A stretch of 64,000 nucleotides of DNA from Rozella allomycis CSF55 (lineage: Eukaryota), in assembly GCA_000442015.1 (NCBI GenBank), contig KE561209.1:1-64000 (forward strand), read 5' to 3'. The notes beneath the pieces are model-generated. The model saw nothing but the letters and a program-made list of their open reading frames with translations, had not been told where the DNA came from and did not search any database. The translations under genes were made by a program, and so were the position numbers. Shown in pieces: positions 1 to 12,587 of this stretch. How positions within the stretch are numbered: the stretch's first letter is position 1; each line of letters starts with the position of its first letter.

Positions 1-146
1 TATAATAGATTTCCAATTGAAGTGTCATGGGAGGCAAAGATATATTTAGATAAAGTAAATGAAGAAAAGGTTACAGTGCCATTTTCATTGAATACTACGC
101 ATGGCAAGTTGTATGGATATGAAATGTATTGTGTTGATGTATCGNT

Positions 147-433
147 TTTATGTGAATAGACTTACCATGGGCTTTGATGAAGTTGATAGCATTGAACCAA
201 CTCAAACTATTCAGTTGGATGAAAAGGATATTGGAAAGGTTGTGCCCCTTAGATTTGTGAAATTTCAAAATGTCCACACTGTAGTTGTAAATAACGATTT
301 TATTGCTTAAAAGATTTTTATCGAAGATAATCAAGCAGGTGATGATGAAACTATTATTGAAAATATCCAAATTATTGGCCAGACTATCCAAGGGACCAAC
401 ATGGGTGACTTCAATAAAAAAGAGGAACAATAA
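147..433 (+). CDS. PITH-domain protein (TXNL1/PITHD1-like), 3' portion only
   Basis: Reads YVNRLTMGFDEVDSIEPTQTIQL...VVPLRFVKFQNVHTVV, then a 27-nt intron (287-313, GT..AG), then IFIEDNQAGDDETIIENIQIIGQTIQGTNMGDF..* with TAA at 431-433. This is the typical PITH C-terminus. The 5' end is lost at the N at 146. Confidence 0.8.
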
Positions 434-456
434 ATGTTTCACACCAAAAACATTTA

Positions 457-2760
457 TTAAAATGAAAAATAATTTGCTGGATCCAATCGGTTATTATTTT
501 CTGTTTCAAAATCGTTTTCCGCCTCAAATTTTGAAGCATAAAAGGTTCTAACATAGCAAGCGTTATTAGTTACCTTAAATTGTGCAATCGATTTTCATTA
601 ATCATCATTACTTCATCCTCAAACTCATCATAATTGTCTTCATCGACATTTTCTTGTTTCACATGTTTATTTCTTCGTTGTTCCAATTCACCCTATTATG
701 AAATCAATTTGCCCATACCAAGTTCATACAATTGTCTTTAGCAGTATGATTGTTTTCCTTGAATGCTTCTAGCTCCTTCCCCATATCAAATCTTCTGGTT
801 AGGGTAAGGCGATTGGGGATATTTTGTGCGTCCCTGTAACTAATAGGCTCTTTTGATTTTTCTTTTCTGGCACTTTTGAATTTCTTGAACCAACTGAATA
901 CTGTTTTAAAAAATCTGAAAATTTTACTGTTCGACTTTTTCTTGTCGGTTATACCTTTTGCGAGGGACGTAAGAATAGTTGGCTTCTTTTCCGCTTTACG
1001 TTTGATAGAAGATTCCTTTGGTATGTTCCCAGCTTCTAAAATCCTATTGGTGCGTATCAGTTCCTGATTTAATGATTTAACTTTCTCCAATTCCAATTTG
1101 GCCTCGAGCAATTCCTGTTTAACCTTTGTTTCCTCTCGTTCATGCTTTTCTTTCAGATCTGACTGTTCCTTTTTTAATATAATAAGAAAATTTTCTTTGA
1201 GATTTTCATAGTTCAGCTTGATTTCATCTTCTTTTGTTTCTCTTTCAGTACTAAGGTCAATCTTAAGTTTTTCCAGCTGATTTTTCAGCTTTATATTTTC
1301 AGACTTTAATTCATTTATTTTCTTCTCTAGATTACCGACCTTTTTCATCTCATTTTGTAATCTGGCCTCCTTTTCGGCTGTCAGTGACTTTTGGGTCTCC
1401 AGCTGAAGCTTTAGTTCAATAACCTCGGAAATCCCATCAGATTGGGCCTTGCTTTGAGCCAAGGGTTCTTCAAGTTTTGGGCCCAAAGATTTATGCTTAC
1501 AAGAGGTGTCTAAATCTTCTAACGCTAATCTGGAATCCTTCCATCTTGATTCCTTTAGCCAAAAATTTTGTGAACCAACGCTAACATTTTGTGGTTGATT
1601 AGTCAATCTCAATGTAGATTGTCTCATAGAAGTCTTCTTGGGTGGGTTTTCCTTTTTGTTTCTGGTTCGCAACCCAGTGAGTGACAAATATGCATTATCC
1701 TTTATGTTACATAAACTTGGTACAATTAAAACAAAATTCTATATTGAAATAAAATTTTTGGACTACCTTTGTATTGATTTTTTCAGTACCCAAGATCTCC
1801 CTTAAAGGGCCAGGCTCGCATTGGTTATACTGGTGAATATTAATCATTTTCTGGAAGCTAGGATAATCTAGTTATACAATAAACACTTTATCCTACTTCC
1901 ATATAGAATATTGAATCGTTGAACGCTCAATTTTCCTTCTTGCTGACAAACCATGTGAATCGTAATCAGACAAATGTTTGATGTATCACGAGAGACTTTG
2001 TTAATGGAATTTCTTGCGAAATCCTTTAATTCTTTAACGCTGCGAGTGGCAGTATAATTAAGACCACTTAATATCAAATTCAACTTCCTTTTCCCAATAC
2101 TAATACCCTCACCACCCAAAGACACAGCTCGGTTGTCATTAGTGAATACAATAGACGTTGCCCACACGTAAGATCTATCACTATCAGCAGGTTGATATTC
2201 ATTCCAGTTGTTTGGCCTCATCTACATATGCCATAATAGGTTAATTTACATGTGTAACTGACCTTCGCATTTCTTCACCCATCCAAACTTCACCTATAGT
2301 TTGATCCATAACTTTAATAGCTCCTCTGTAGTTCTTTGAGTTATTGATAATCATGAGTAATGCTTTTGGACTTTCAGCATTCAAAAGCTGCACATCCCCT
2401 TCACTTTCGTTTATGATGCAATCAGCGTCAATATGAAAGTATCCTTGAGGAGATTTGATACTCAAAGACTTTGATGAACTCTTGGAAATCCTGACTTTGC
2501 TTTCATTTTGAAGATCATCAGATTGACCATCTTCAATAAATATCGCAAGGCTATTTAATGATTCCGATGTCTTTTTTGTGGCAGTCTTTTCCTTCATCGT
2601 GCCATGATTAACGTTTTGAAACTTTGGGTCAATGTTTTCATTGACAAAGACATCCTTCAATTCGAAACGAGATGTTTTAAACATTGTCGATTGCCTACTA
2701 AATTATCTATTGAAGATAATACCTGGCTCCAGAAGTAGCTGTGAGAGATTTTCTAAGCAT
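457..2760 (-). CDS. Multi-exon protein (~712 aa): possible degenerate kinesin-motor-like N-terminal domain plus long coiled coil
   Basis: ORFs 2241-2684, 1868-2221 and 704-1687 join in frame through GT-AG introns at 2695-2722, 2222-2249, 1868-1896, 1739-1766, 693-718 and 548-573 (the last exon is less certain). The C-terminal half is heptad-rich in E/K/L. The kinesin resemblance is by eye only. Confidence 0.65.
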
Positions 2761-2844
2761 TTTTTTCCGTTGAAATAACGGTAATGTTTGTTTACACTGA
2801 AAAATAAACAAACTAGTGAAGAAGATATTTTATTTTTGTATCAA

Positions 2845-4019
2845 TTAATTTCCTTTTATTTTCAAAATGGTTGATATTTCATCCCTATCGTGTATGTTAA
2901 ATATACTTTACGTGGTTAATTTACCTTTATCTTTTAAAGAATTAAGGAATCTTATTAATTTATCGTTGGATTTTATGTCTAGTGGAGTTCTATTAGATTT
3001 CTCACGCAAAGGTAAGAGTGAAATGAGCTTTGCAGCTCTTTCCCGAAATTGTTCCACACTATCCAAGTTAAATTGATTATTCAGTTCAAAAAGAATTTCT
3101 AAAGCTGTCGCCTCACTTTCAAAAACTTTTAAATAATTAAATTACTATCCCAAACATTAAAGATTGTTTCCTTTTTCTGGAATGGATGTAAAGAAGGCGG
3201 TATTGAAAAAACATCGTCGATGTATTCCACAACGCAGTTTGAAGAATCGATCGATTCTATTTTTTTCTTTAAATGAATATTTTCTTTTCTCAAGAACGCA
3301 ATCGAACAAAACGTTAATTAGGTACTTTACCTGTCTTTTTAACTGAAAGTTCAATGCATTCAAGCAATCTAGTCTTTTCTGTGTATCCAAGTTATTTTCT
3401 ACATTTAAAACTCTGTTTCTACCTCTTCTAGCTTCAGCGCTTGTTGTTTTAATACAAACCTCTACATTTTCTGACCCCACTTCTTCGTCGACATATGAAA
3501 TTTCACTTGACCGCGTTCTTTCGCTGCATACATCTAGTAAATATTTTACACAATCATTGTAATCTGCTTTACTCGTCATCAAATTAAATTTAGGATAAAA
3601 TCCCAGTTCCTTGTTTCAATGATTAAGCAACATTACGTGGCAGTCTTTGCAGGCCAATTTATAAAAAATGGAATTCAAGGTTCTCTCTTTGCCAACCAAA
3701 AGTTCATTTTGCTTGATTCGACTCGCCATCTCAAATTGCCTATGCTGATGATGTCAATGATTCTTTTTTATACAGTTGAATATTCATCCTGAGATTTTAA
3801 ATAGTCAGAGCTGGAAGGAAAACCTGCTTGCTCAAGAAGGATACCCAAGACCTTTCGTCTGTAATGAGTGGACTCTGGAGTCAATTCAAAATTATGAAAG
3901 CTCAAATAAATATCCTCAGTCAATGATTCAAGGCCTTTCAACCTTTGTAAACGTCTCAATACACTAAATGTATTGTGCTCATGTGTGTTTGAGATCATAT
4001 TGGAAATTTTTTGAAACAT
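2845..4019 (-). CDS. Hypothetical multi-exon protein
   Basis: ORFs 3768-4019 and 3157-3582 plus further open stretches (ESEATALEILFELNNQF...) are separated by short GT-AG intron-like gaps. No recognisable domain; exon boundaries are approximate. Confidence 0.45.
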
Positions 4020-4191
4020 AGATTACTATTTCTTAGGAGTCAAAATGCAATTAAATCTTTTTCTGGAAATTATTGTTTATTTTCGGTTAGCCTAGACTTT
4101 TTCTCTTCAAATTTATTTTGCAATGTCGTAGAAATACCTGGCATTGGTGGCTTGCCAAAAACGCTCATCAACCTGAAAAGAAAGGATATAA

Positions 4192-5856
4192 ATGGCTATT
4201 AGAGTAGATATTGAACCGTTTGATAAAACAGAGAAACGAGATGTGCTTATTAGAAAACTTGAACGCAACGGACCCACACTTCCGCTTGTTGGAAGAGACA
4301 CACAGATTAAACTTATTTCCAAAGACGTTTTAGTCAATTCGCAAGACAAGACAATGATTGGAGTTCTCTGTAGTGCTCGTGGAATGGGCAGGACAACTTT
4401 GTTGAAAGCTATAGTAGATCCTGAAAACTTTGGTGTTTCGTTTAACAGCCCAACACTAGATAAGGCACGTGCTGTGGGACGATTGGCGGTTGTAGATTTG
4501 TGTAGGTATTGAGGTCTTCTTTGTTGTGATAATTTTGCCGTGCAACTTTGGATTGACATTATTTACAGTCATTTGTGTATGATGTTCGGTGGATGTTTAG
4601 TTGACGGTGTTGAGTTTAAAAGTAAGGTTTGCATTGAAGAGAAACTTAACATTCAAGATGTTGACAATGCATTTCGTCAGTGGATCCGATTAACAAATGC
4701 CGCTTATGAAGTAAACAGCGATGCAAAGCCAATCATTTTACTTGATGGTATTAGAGCCTTTATGATGCGGAGCAAAAATGATAGTTCGAACACATATCTA
4801 ATGGAAGCTGTAAAGCAACTAGAGAATCGATGTCATATTATTGCAGCGGGATCTAGAGATTGCAATCTATTATCTGTGAATGACGACGTTAACTTTGTTG
4901 CTTTTAATATTCCCCTTACGGTATGGTCCATTCAGGACATCTATGAAGATGGTGTAAACTACTTGACGTTTAAGAACTGTCGGGATCAATGGCCAAAATC
5001 TTTTGAAGATTTTGTGAATAATCGGCACCTTTTAAGTTTATTTTATCAGACACTTCAAGTACCTGGATTAGTGCGATTTGCTATTTATGCATTCATTGAA
5101 ACATCATCAATACCTGATGCCTTTTCATCATTCGAGAATAAACTCAAACAATGGTACAGAGATGCGTGGCACGCTGGTCGCAATTACTCTGATCACGAAA
5201 TTGTTCATATGTTATTTGTGTGTGCATCTGGCTATCGCGTGACGCTGCATGACTGCATTCCAGGCACTGACATTTTGGTTTCTGATCTTGCTGGGGAAGC
5301 ATTGCTTTTTCATTGCAGAGATGACAAATAGGCGACCTTGCTGTGGCTCTTTGCAAAGGATAGGCTACGCAATCTTGACACGTATGCCAAGACCTTGATT
5401 CCAAATATTGATCTTTTAAAATGTTTTTTTTCTTTTGATTCTTGGATTAACCAGACAAATAGTGTGCATGATATTTTGATTGAATTTGAGTCTATCTTTT
5501 TCCAAAATCTCTACATTAAGCATTATCTCCAGTCTCTGGTGAAGGAGAAAGAGCCCGCCATATTTACCGATGTTTACAATCTGGAAAAACACGCCAACCG
5601 TCATATTCAGATCTCCATGGATTGTGACATTGACACTTGTAAAATAACGAAATCATTGGAGGAGTATGAACATGTGATGTGGATCCAACTTGACATGAAA
5701 GAAGATACATGTATACAGGCGATCAATAACTCCGAAGCATTAAAGCACGCATGGGTAGAGAAACGTTTGTCTTTCAACGATGGAAGTGGTTGTTGCAATC
5801 CACTACTCCTGGAATTGTTGATTCTGCTAAAGTTGCATTTGCAGAATATTAAATAA
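4192..5856 (+). pseudogene. Crinkler-type/STAND-like P-loop NTPase pseudogene
   Basis: Three ORFs lie in one frame, broken by TGA (4510-4512) and TAG (5329-5331). Motifs: LPLVGRD upstream motif, Walker A-like SARGMGRTT (K replaced by R) and Walker B-like PIILLDG. Confidence 0.55.
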
Positions 5857-8390
5857 AACCACTTTAGGCAGGTGTTTTGCATTGATACTGACTTAGACCA
5901 CTGTATGATAAACGGTTTTGAAATCAATATTCATTCTCAGTACACGATTGACTGAAAGAATCTATTTAATAGCTTTTTAACCTTTGAAATTCGAATAATC
6001 TTGAATGCAAATTACTAATTAGGCAATCGTTTTTTGTTTTTCAAGTGTTACGAATACGAGTTAAGATTTACTTTTCTGTTCTGATTCGTTTGTTATATAT
6101 CCAAAACCATATTTCATAATACTAATACTCAAGTAATATATATTTATTCATTAAAAGAACAACCTACATAGAAAGCGTCCTCCCAATGTGCATTCATATT
6201 TCACATATCTACTCTGAAAACATCAATCTCTTTTGAACACATTTACATTAAGATATTGTTAAGTAATAATATCTCTTCAAGTATTTTGAATAGGGTGGAG
6301 TCGGTGAGTAACTGAACTATACCTAACGAATGATAAATAAACGCAAACCTTGACTTTGAATGTTTTTTGATTAAATACAACTGATTTAGTACATAGATAC
6401 TTCAGTTTCTACGGATAACTAGAATTTGTTCGTTCCATGAAACGTCGCTTCAATTCTCTAATATTTTGATTTCAGATTAGTGACATATCTAGATGAAAAT
6501 GAAACCATCTTTCATCTGTTATGTTTAATCATCCTATATATGACATTTTGGTCATTTTAAAGATGCTCTAATACAACTACTTAATGTAACTCTAAGTTAA
6601 TATTAACAGTAATTAGGCACGAATATTCCATTTTTTGAAAGAAAAAGAATATAAAATTCCCCGGCTTCAATTTCAAAGAAAGTGTTAAACTACAAGTTTG
6701 TCAAAATTATGAGCCACGATAAGTTCAAGAAAATGCACCTCGAAACAAGATACTATTTCTTATTAATTAGTAAGTTAGTAATACAGTTATGGCTGCCTTC
6801 ATTTTTTTAATTGTAAAAAAAGTAATATTAGCGAATTCTTCTATCTTCTTGAAAGATTATTTGAAGATGATCCAGTAACCTATGGCCGATAGATTATCTG
6901 GATATTTATCGCGAAAAAAGTCTATCGAATAAAGAGTAATCATGACTAAATCCTTCAGAGAGCAAAAAGGTGTTGAAAGTGTGATAAAAGAAGAAGACTT
7001 CTCCAGCATCGTCAATCGATAATCCAGGGATATATATTCTAAGTAATTCATGAATTAGTTGCCAAAATTGTCTTATTCCAACTTGACATTCGAAAATCTG
7101 TGAAAAGGCGTCTCATGATGACATCTCTGACAAATTCTTGATTGGTCTAATTCAAAATGAGATAANTGGTTGATACAATCTTTAAATGATAGATGTTGAT
7201 TGTGAAAAGGCTGGAAATATATGAGGTACAGTAATAATGCCCTAATCATGAATTCGTCTGCATATATTTTTTTTCTAACAATCTTCACCGTCAAGTCTTC
7301 TAAAGAAGATGCATTAATTTTTAAAAGGAACCAAGGTAAATTCTTTTCTTGATCACTATCCATGTTAAGAATTAAAGTCTGTAACTCTTCGTGAATTATA
7401 AGGATTCAAGTGATGATGACGACGATTATTAAATCAATAAATAGTATAAATAAATTTTTTTACTAATTAAAAAAACTTGTTTCAACTTGACACGGAAGAT
7501 TACACGAACCTTCGTGGAAAACGAATTTTGTATTATTTTCATGAAGCCTTCAAGAGAAATTTGTCGGAAAATCAGGTTGTTGCCTTGATCAACTCAGAAC
7601 ATTTAATTAATCAATTAAAAAAGTTGATATATTTAAAAAGAATATAACCTTGATAAAAATTATATCTTACGTTTTTTTTTGTATTTGCTTCCTTTTCCTT
7701 GGAGATATATCTATTCCTTCCCTCTGCCTTTTTCCTTGGAGATCTTGATCTTCGTTTACGTGAATTCTCCAAAATCATTGAAACAAAATGCTTCATGTGC
7801 AAGAAAGTCTTGACCTTGACAAAATTNACTCTTCGTGAATTATAAGGATTCAAGTGATGATGACGACGATTATTAAATCAATAAATAGTATAAATAAATT
7901 TTTTTACTAATTAAAAAAACTTGTTTCAACTTGACACGGAAGATTACACGAACCTTCGTGGAAAACGAATTTTGTATTATTTTCATGAAGCCTTCAAGAG
8001 AAATTTGTCGGAAAATCAGGTTGTTGCCTTGATCAACTCAGAACATTTAATTAATCAATTAAAANGTTTGTTTTGTGTACTCTTCCTTCACATATTACAA
8101 ATACATCCTTCAACGTTTAAAATTGAATCTTTTTAAGTATTCATGTTCACATAGTCTATTTCGCCATGATTTATCAGTTTCAATTAGAGAATTGTCAGAT
8201 AATGGAATGAATCTTTAATGATCAAAATGAATAAAGCTAAATTTTGTAACATCAATTTCTAAATGAATTTGTTGAAGAGAAGAGNCTGGGATGAATGGGT
8301 TCACCATCGAAATGGAATAGAGAGCGATACGTAGCTTCACGCAGAAGTGTTTTAGGTATAAACGCAACATCTGGAGCTCTAACATCTCCA

Positions 8391-8600
8391 TCAAATANAA
8401 CTGTCTAAGATAAAATTTCTATGAAAATCTAAATGAAGTACAAAAATTCTTCTTATCCAATTATCTAGAGTTGCTTGAATTTGAGAATTAATATTCAATA
8501 ATCTTAATCCTCCCAAACTTTTTGGTTTACACACCGTAGCGTATGAAACTAATGCCCTCTTTCCATTCCATAANGCTAAACTCATCAAACGAGTAGGTTT
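8391..8600 (-). mobile_element. Non-LTR (L1/Tx1-like LINE) retrotransposon ORF2 remnant
   Basis: LWNGKRALVSYATVCKPKSLGGLRLLNINSQIQA..NW matches the post-RT 'FLW...V.W..lc.PK..GGLG' motif of L1-clade elements. The fragment is bounded by Ns. Confidence 0.7.
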
Positions 8601-10332
8601 TGGAAAAATCAAGTACCATCTAAGTTTCCTTACACACCTATCTCCAAAAAAGATGTCTACCAAGGCATTAGCCAAAGACTTAAAATCACTTTGATTTTTG
8701 TTTTTCTATTTCATCTTCACTATATGAGCAAGCCAGAGAGAGCTGAATTTTTGACATAGATGAAGCGAAGGTGACGAATATCGATTTGGATATAGTCTAT
8801 AGAATATAAACTGTATGAACATTGATGACCAAAAAGGGTGTGATTCTGGTTTCGCTGTATTTCTGCCAACTTGGATAAAGAGCTACATTCGATATTAAAT
8901 ACCGGAGACAATTTGGTTTTAAGTACAATTTGGTTTTAAGTATCTTTAGTGATGAAATCGCTTTGTATAATTTGAAATTTGAAAAGTTGTCGAGTGTTGC
9001 ACATCAGTTTTCTACAATAATAATGTNAATATAAACTGTGTCTGCATGACCAAAAAGGGTGTGATTCTGGTTTCGCTGTATTTCTGCCATTGGATAAAGA
9101 GCTACTTTCGATAAAATGCCGGAGACAATTTTGTTTTAAGTATCTTAAGTGATGAAATGCTTATTTGAAAAGTTGTCGAGTGTTGCACATCAGTTTTCTA
9201 CAATAATAATGTACACCAATTCTATAGAAGGTGATATACTTATTGGAAACAAGAGTGAAAAGTCGAACTATTCAATTCAAAAGCCAAAGTGCTTTAAACT
9301 TAATGCCAGCAAAAGATCAATTGCATGCAAAGGAAATGAGATGAATGCTTTGACCTTGAATANGTTCTATAGAAGGTGATATACTTATTCGAAACAAGAG
9401 TGAAAAGTCGAACTAACTCTATCCAATCCCAAAGTAGCGTCCCATCAGCTATGTCTCACAAAAATCATGATTAAATCTCCAATAAATTTCAATTACTTTC
9501 AAATAATATAACTATAAATTTATTGTACGTTCCCAAATTACTTCTACCAATAATCCCAAGGCTTACCAGATCCAAACGCTTGCGACGGTTTCTCNTACAT
9601 AAAATGGGAGCTGATATGACAATAATTAAGGAATGAAGACCAACCGTTCTCCTATCCTCTCGAAATGAGTCCTACCCTCATTCTATCCAATCCCAAAGTA
9701 GCGTCCCATCAGCTATGTCTCACAAAAATCAAGATTAAATCTCCAATAAATCTCAAATCACTTTCAAATAATTATAAAATTTATTGTTCTTGTCCAATTT
9801 AATCTCTATGGGCCGACTGAGTCCCATTAAATATGTCTNATTACAATCTTATAATGATAGATGTTGATTGTGAAAAGGCTGGATAGAAATAACGCTCCAA
9901 TCATGAATTCTTCTGCATATACTTTTTCTAACATTCTTCACAGTCAATTCTTTTAAAGAAGATGAATTAATTTTAAAATTCATGGCAAAAAGGATTTGTG
10001 AAATTTTTAAATAGAGCATCTAAAAAGCCTGTGGTCAGGAAGGTATACAATTGTAATAGATTCAGAACTATGTCGGAAATGGGGTCATTCTCAAATCACG
10101 CTAGCACATATGGGTTGATTGGATGCATTTCCTATTTCCTAACTCCGTCACCGTTAAAGAATATATTCAAACAGATTGCCAACGACTTTATTAATGATGA
10201 TTATTTTCAAAGTAGGTCCTATTGAGATCAAATTTATGGGATTTAGCTGCATCTATAACAATGAATTAATAAACAATTACTGTGGGCCCTTTTCTCGGCG
10301 TCTTTTTTCGCGGCATCTTCAATAATATCTGC

Positions 10333-10700
10333 TAATACATCTAATCCATTCTATCAAAGAATAAAATTTCACTTACCTTTCGGAACTCAGCTGCTATGCT
10401 CATTTGCGATTGATCAATTCCAACAGATGGTGGGCCATCCAACCTTTCACGATAAACATGCCAATATGCCTCAGCAGAATATCGACTTAGGCGAAGTCTC
10501 AAGCTCGGCATTATATGTTCCTGCGGAGCAACCATATAATACACTCCAGAGGCGATACCTCCTAAAACCGCAAAAAATCTGGCAACCTATATATTTAATT
10601 TGGTAAGATTACATGTAAGCCTGGATGTTCGAGGGGCAATATGGGTTTGGGCATATAGGTGTAAGGGTGGCTAAGTAGCGGTCGTCCGATTATTATGTTA
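10333..10700 (-). CDS. Small hypothetical single-pass membrane protein (spliced)
   Basis: PLLSHPYTYMPKPILPLEHPGLH | VARFFAVLGGIASGVLYYMVAPQEH...AAEFRK | MY*, joined by short GT-AG introns. The start codon was not resolved. Confidence 0.4.
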
Positions 10701-11055
10701 ATAGATACAATAATGGATTTGTTTATCCTAAAATTTATCAAAGACAAATGAGTGTTAAATCAATCATACGGTTTACGTCAAAATATCTCACTGATGACTA
10801 TGAGCCTATTCATATCTTTATCATGGAAATATGCATGATTGCATTATATTTTTAATATAAATCTGCGATTGGCCAATCTCAATCGTTAGTTTCGAGAACA
10901 GTCTTGTACAAGCCACACAAAAGATATCACGTTTATAGATTTTCTTTTTGGGGCACGGACCAGTAACAAATAAGGAAAGAAGCTAAGCATCAATAAAACA
11001 TCCAAAAACAATTGAAATAAATATTTATTAACGTGATGCGAGTGATTCTGCGATG

Positions 11056-11292
11056 TTAGCTGTATTCTTCAAACTCAAATTTGACACCGTCATGATATTC
11101 AGTGACTATGGACCTCTTTGGATTAGGTAAATATCTTTTGACAGGTGGACGAGGTGGTGGCTTTTTCACGACCGGTGCAGCTTTGCTCACCTGAGCGCGA
11201 GCTGCAGCATTTCTTCGATTCTCCATAATAGTTTTAAATTTGGGATAGTTGTATGATATTGAAATCAACAAAATAAGAATAGAGATAAGTGT
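11056..11292 (-). CDS. Small hypothetical protein with hydrophobic N-terminus and Pro/Lys-rich tail
   Basis: MDPNLQTLISILILLISISYNYPKF...KKPPPRPPVKRYLPNPKR, within ORF 11056-11385. Confidence 0.45.
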   Translation of the reverse strand, partial: TLISILILLISISYNYPKFKTIMENRRNAAARAQVSKAAPVVKKPPPRPPVKRYLPNPKRSIVTEYHDGVKFEFEEYS

Positions 11293-11471
11293 CTGTAGAT
11301 TGGGGTCCATGCTGTGGCTTATGGATGGAAAGCTGCCAATAAGAAATAATTGACAGTTTGACCAGGGTATAATCAGATGAATCACGATAAATTTAGATCT
11401 CCCATTTTCTTTTCATAAAAGCAAAATTTATTATTCCGACTTAATATTAAATGATATCATACTGTCACACT

Positions 11472-12203
11472 TTATAGTTTATTGACATATTCATTGTCTA
11501 CAACATAGTCAATTCTATTCCATGAATTAGAATCATTTCCGTATTTGGCAAATGTTAATGCCATTATTCTAGCTCTAGCAACATGATGTATGTGAACTAG
11601 AGACTTCAGGTCCAATTCTTTAACTTTTTTTCCATCGATTGCCAAATCATCATTAATAAATTCCACACCAAGGCCACTTTTTTCACCTCTTTTAATTGTA
11701 ATTTTTTCAAATGTTTGGACTATATGTTCAAGGAGCTGATTTTTTTCAGGCGCTTCATCAACTAAAAATTTGGAGCGTAACAAATAGGTGAAAACAAAGC
11801 GCTCCATTTGTTTGATTCTCGAGACGTCTAATTTATCATCGTTTGTCGTTGAAGATTCTAAAGTTCTTGTTAGTACCAGTTTCATTAAGATTGGATCACA
11901 AGTTTTGTTAATTTTAGGCAAATAATCAACCTTATCGATACAGTACAATGACGCACCAATGTCATCCCAAATGTAGTCCATTGTCTTTAAATCCGACTTT
12001 GTTTTTAAATCGTGGCTATTTTTAAGTAGTCTAATTTCATATTCACTGAGATATCTATTGGCTCTTTCCATTATTTCATTATTTATTTGGATGCTCGATG
12101 GATTATTGAACCTTTGAAGAGTAAGATATTTAAAGTAAACCCTTTGTATTATATCTTCTTTTGTAATTTGTCTTAATGGCTTAAAAGCAAAATTGAAAAA
12201 CAT
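11472..12203 (-). CDS. Hypothetical protein (243 aa)
   Basis: Long ATG-initiated ORF with protein-like composition; no recognised motif. Confidence 0.6.
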   Translation of the reverse strand: MFFNFAFKPLRQITKEDIIQRVYFKYLTLQRFNNPSSIQINNEIMERANRYLSEYEIRLLKNSHDLKTKSDLKTMDYIWDDIGASLYCIDKVDYLPKINKTCDPILMKLVLTRTLESSTTNDDKLDVSRIKQMERFVFTYLLRSKFLVDEAPEKNQLLEHIVQTFEKITIKRGEKSGLGVEFINDDLAIDGKKVKELDLKSLVHIHHVARARIMALTFAKYGNDSNSWNRIDYVVDNEYVNKL

Positions 12204-12241
12204 GGTATTTCGTGAGCGAAATTTCCAAGTGTGAAGAAGTC

Positions 12242-12475
12242 ATGGACATTGGAAGAGTTTCCAGTTATTTGCAAAAGGCCGAAGAATATTATTGCAGGAC
12301 TATTAATTTAGACCAAAACTTTGACCAGAAACTCTATGTACAAAGATTAAAGGAAGATCTTTTGGAATTTGAATCAGGAGTGATAGTATACGACAAAGAC
12401 GCCCAATCAAAATTATACGAAATGGAAGATATTATTCAAACATCCAAATCAGTGTTGAAAAGAAATCTATTTTGA
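12242..12475 (+). CDS. Small hypothetical helical protein
   Basis: ATG at 12242 (MDIGRVSSYLQKAEEYY...), divergent from the 11472-12203 gene. Confidence 0.35.
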   Translation: MDIGRVSSYLQKAEEYYCRTINLDQNFDQKLYVQRLKEDLLEFESGVIVYDKDAQSKLYEMEDIIQTSKSVLKRNLF

Positions 12476-12587
12476 GTATTCTATAGTATCGACGACGACT
12501 ATAATATGTAAAATTTCAAATTGTAATTCTTTATAAAGATAAAGCTATAATATCAATTATAAATTTTAAAATTTATTCTAATATATT

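Noticed and set aside
4510..5331. Stop-codon reassignment or readthrough explaining the in-frame TGA and TAG
   Set aside because: TAA, TAG and TGA all terminate other long ORFs in this window, and the conserved genes have no internal stops. Pseudogenisation is simpler.
5900..7400. Short ORFs 6857-7051 and 7073-7363 as genes
   Set aside because: They have no recognisable motifs, are interrupted by an N, and are partly repeated at 9841-9980. Support is insufficient.
7383..9790. Several 50-240 bp direct repeats as genuine tandem duplications
   Set aside because: Each pair is associated with a single-N contig join, so unmerged overlaps or alleles are more likely.
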